Part shown: piece by piece, positions 61,670-64,000 of the stretch
How positions within the stretch are numbered: the stretch's first letter is position 1
Layout of the letters: every line of letters begins with the position of its first letter
Assembly: GCA_030141605.1 (NCBI GenBank)
Contig: JAQGDQ010000572.1
Location: forward strand, 1 to 64,000
Origin: Tubiluchus corallicola
Taxonomy: Eukaryota; Animalia; Priapulida
Reading direction: 5' to 3'
Length of the DNA: 64,000 nucleotides
Notes under the pieces: generated by a model
Database searches by the model: none
What the model saw: only the letters and a program-made list of their open reading frames with translations
What the model was told of the DNA's origin: nothing
Made by a program: the position numbers and the translations under genes

Positions 61670-62060
61670 GCGAAGACAGAGGAAAAGAAACTCGACGCAT
61701 TCCGGTTTGAACGTCTGAAAGGGATACTAACGCAGCCCAAGATGGCAGAAACATGTGACAAACTTAGTGGTGGAAAACAGGATACAAATGAATGATGAAC
61801 TCAAAAAGAGATGGAATTGGAGTGGACATGTCCTACGAAGGGAAGGCGAGAACGTGCATGAGACAGAGATGAAGTGAACACCGGAAGGAAGATGGGAAAG
61901 GGGTAGACTGAGAACAACAAGGAGAAGAACAGCGGAAGCAGAGAGGAGTTACACAGTATGGAAGAGTTGGAGCGAGGTCAAAGCAGCAGAGGACAGAAGG
62001 ATTGGAGGCGTGTTACGGCCTTATGTGTGTCCTGGTGTTGAGAGAACTGAGCGCTAAGTG
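61670..62060 (+). mobile_element. RTE-clade LINE 3' remnant
   Basis: Degenerate KRWNWSGHVLRR...*TPEGRWERGRLRTTRRRT...AAEDR matches the RTE C-terminal WxGHVLR / GxRxRGRPxxTW pattern. Confidence 0.75.
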
Positions 62061-62262
62061 ATATATACTGCAAACAATAACACGCAATCCATCTGGCAAC
62101 TGTAGCCTTCAAGCAATTTACATGTAACATGCAGAAATGTGCATCAGTATAACAAAATTTGACTTTGCTACTTTACAAGCAAATCGATTCAGAAAAACTC
62201 AGATTTCGGTTAGAGTATAATTAAAAGAAATATATGATACCGTTTGCGAATCTAATAAAAAA

Positions 62263-62610
62263 TCACAACTGTTGGAAGCGGATCTCTCTTTCAAACTGTT
62301 CGGCTGTCAGCTGTCCATCCAGCGTCTCAAAGTCTGGATTGAAAACGGAGTAAGCGCTCGGTCCGCCGTCGTTCGACTGAGATCCAGTTCTTGTATTCAC
62401 GTATATAAAATAGAACAACGATATCACCACAAACACGGCTGCAAATTGCAACTCGATGAAAAGACCAAGAAGAATTAACCAGAAGACGACTTTCAGTAGG
62501 TTTCCGCCGGTAAGAAGCCAGTCGACGTTTTTCACCGCTCGTGCCACTCGTGCATGCCTAGTATTTGGCTTCTTTTCCTGCTGCACCTCAGAGGGTTGCC
62601 TCACACGAGA
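62263..62610 (-). CDS. SAYSD1: SAYSvFN domain-containing protein 1, last exon
   Basis: Hydrophobic hairpin LLKVVFWLILLGLFIELQFAAVFVVISLFYFIYVNT, then PSAYSVFNPDFETLDGQLTAEQFEREIR; acceptor gcttttttag at 62611-62612. Confidence 0.93.
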   Translation of the reverse strand, partial: SRVRQPSEVQQEKKPNTRHARVARAVKNVDWLLTGGNLLKVVFWLILLGLFIELQFAAVFVVISLFYFIYVNTRTGSQSNDGGPSAYSVFNPDFETLDGQLTAEQFEREIRFQQL

Positions 62611-63822
62611 CTAAAAAAGCATTTATAGAGTTACTATTCCAAGCTAGTAAACAGTAGCGCAACTAAGATTACCTTGAATCTAAGTGTGCTGATTTAAACT
62701 TGTGTTGCCCGATCTTTTCTGTTATAAACTGGTTTCCTTTTAAACAGGTCATGTGACCAGTCTTTTACCTGTACACTTACCTGTAGATTGGAGTAACTCA
62801 GGCGTTCACACACTGCAGTGACAGATTGTTTAGTGTCATTCATTGATTTATTGTTATAATTTCATAATTACACTTATAGAAGATCACCGTGTAAGTTGAT
62901 TTATTAATTTCTTAAATCTTGAACCTTTGTTTATTAAAAAGACTAGAGATTAGATTTTATAATTTGCGTAAAAGTTTGTTAAAGTTAATTAGATCAATTT
63001 GGTTTAGATTTCGCCGTAAAATTGAGCAAAATTATATAAAATTATCTTATTTGTTTTCAGATTAAACGATACAAGCTACAGAATTCTGTTGTTGGAGTTT
63101 TTTTATAAGAAGGTAGCACACTAAGTAAAATTCATCTCATTAAGAAAATTCTTATTTCATCTGTAGAGTCTTAGAAATCTTTGCAAAAGATGTTGGCTTT
63201 GATATAACAAGCAAAACCTTTGCAAAAAAGCCAAGTAGTTTTAGATTGTGCAGAATTCGACAGCGATCTAAGGCATTAACTACCTCTCACAACTGCTATA
63301 GCTGGAGAGTAGTATTAGATAATGCTACTTATGGATAGTGCTGGGATAGTTCCTTTATAATCAGGGGCACCAGATCAGGGGCACCAGGGGAACAGTGGTA
63401 GTGCGGAAGCAGAACTTTATCTTTTTGATGGAAAAATGCATGATTGTCCATGATTACCTCATAGAGTTTACAGGAACATGTAAACAGCCCAGTAATAATA
63501 AAGCCACGTCATGTACACATGCTAGTGGGTTCTCAGTATATTGACTAGTAAATAAACAGGGATGGGTCAGCTTTCCTGAAAATCGGGTCTGCGTTGGGCA
63601 AAAAACTTTATTGCGTATCGCCATAACATTGCATATCAGGCATTTGGGGTGCCTTAAACATACCCTTACATATAAGTCATATGTTCATTAGTGTGGCCAC
63701 AAAAATATATGTGAACAAAATGTGCTCTTTTCATAAATGCTGCTCCCCCCTCGTCACTGTAATTTGCTGCCTGCACCCCTGTTTATGGCGAAGTGAGAGA
63801 AGAGGATACCAATTCGGTAACC

Positions 63823-63913
63823 ATGGCAACCGCTGCCGATCAGGCACCAACCGCGTCTGAGAGTGGTTTTTCTAGAACCGAAGCCGTTCCTACTAATTTA
63901 TTTGAGAGTTTCG
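63823..63913 (+). CDS. Possible first coding exon of a downstream + strand gene (MATAADQAPTASESGFSRTEAVPTNLFESF)
   Basis: Kozak-context accATGg, open frame, ends g|gtaagt; overlaps an RFX X-box-like motif; no homology evidence. Confidence 0.25.
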
Positions 63914-64000
63914 GTAAGTGTTTGTGGTTTGTTAGTTTGCCTGTTAGTCCACTAAATGTTAGCTGTTTGGCATTTGTATTAAGCTATTCCTGGCAGCAAA

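Noticed and set aside
62673-62768. Candidate upstream SAYSD1 exon ending at a GT donor (62671-62672)
   Set aside because: The frame compatible with the phase-0 acceptor contains a TAA

Overview
Repeat-rich, AT-rich animal genomic DNA; probably a marine invertebrate (inference). Most of the window is a + strand Serrate/Jagged Notch-ligand gene. I traced 21 coding exons from 16776 to 54660. They join in frame to 3270 nt and encode part of the C2/MNNL domain, the DSL domain, 16 EGF repeats, a VWC/cysteine-rich region, a TM helix and an intracellular tail ending EMVV. Exons 1-2 are not in the window. A near-identical second copy of the C2 and DSL exons lies at 1-1742, either an intragenic duplication or an uncollapsed haplotype. 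Downstream on the - strand are an unidentified terminal exon (57607-57869) and the last exon of SAYSD1 (62263-62610). Introns hold about 20 unrelated locus-specific minisatellites (units 12-170 bp); three have copied real Jagged splice junctions, and one of those forms a decoy acceptor with an in-frame stop right after EGF2. There are also piggyBac-, Kolobok-, hAT- and Tc1/pogo-type MITEs, a Tc1 transposase remnant and LINE ends. An Oxford Nanopore adapter pair at 19060-19104 is an assembly artefact. Other candidates: a 12-nt in-frame microexon, clustered CSL sites in the 17-kb intron, a GC-AG intron, and miR-8/200 and miR-124 seed sites in the 3' UTR. All analysis was by eye, with no database searches.
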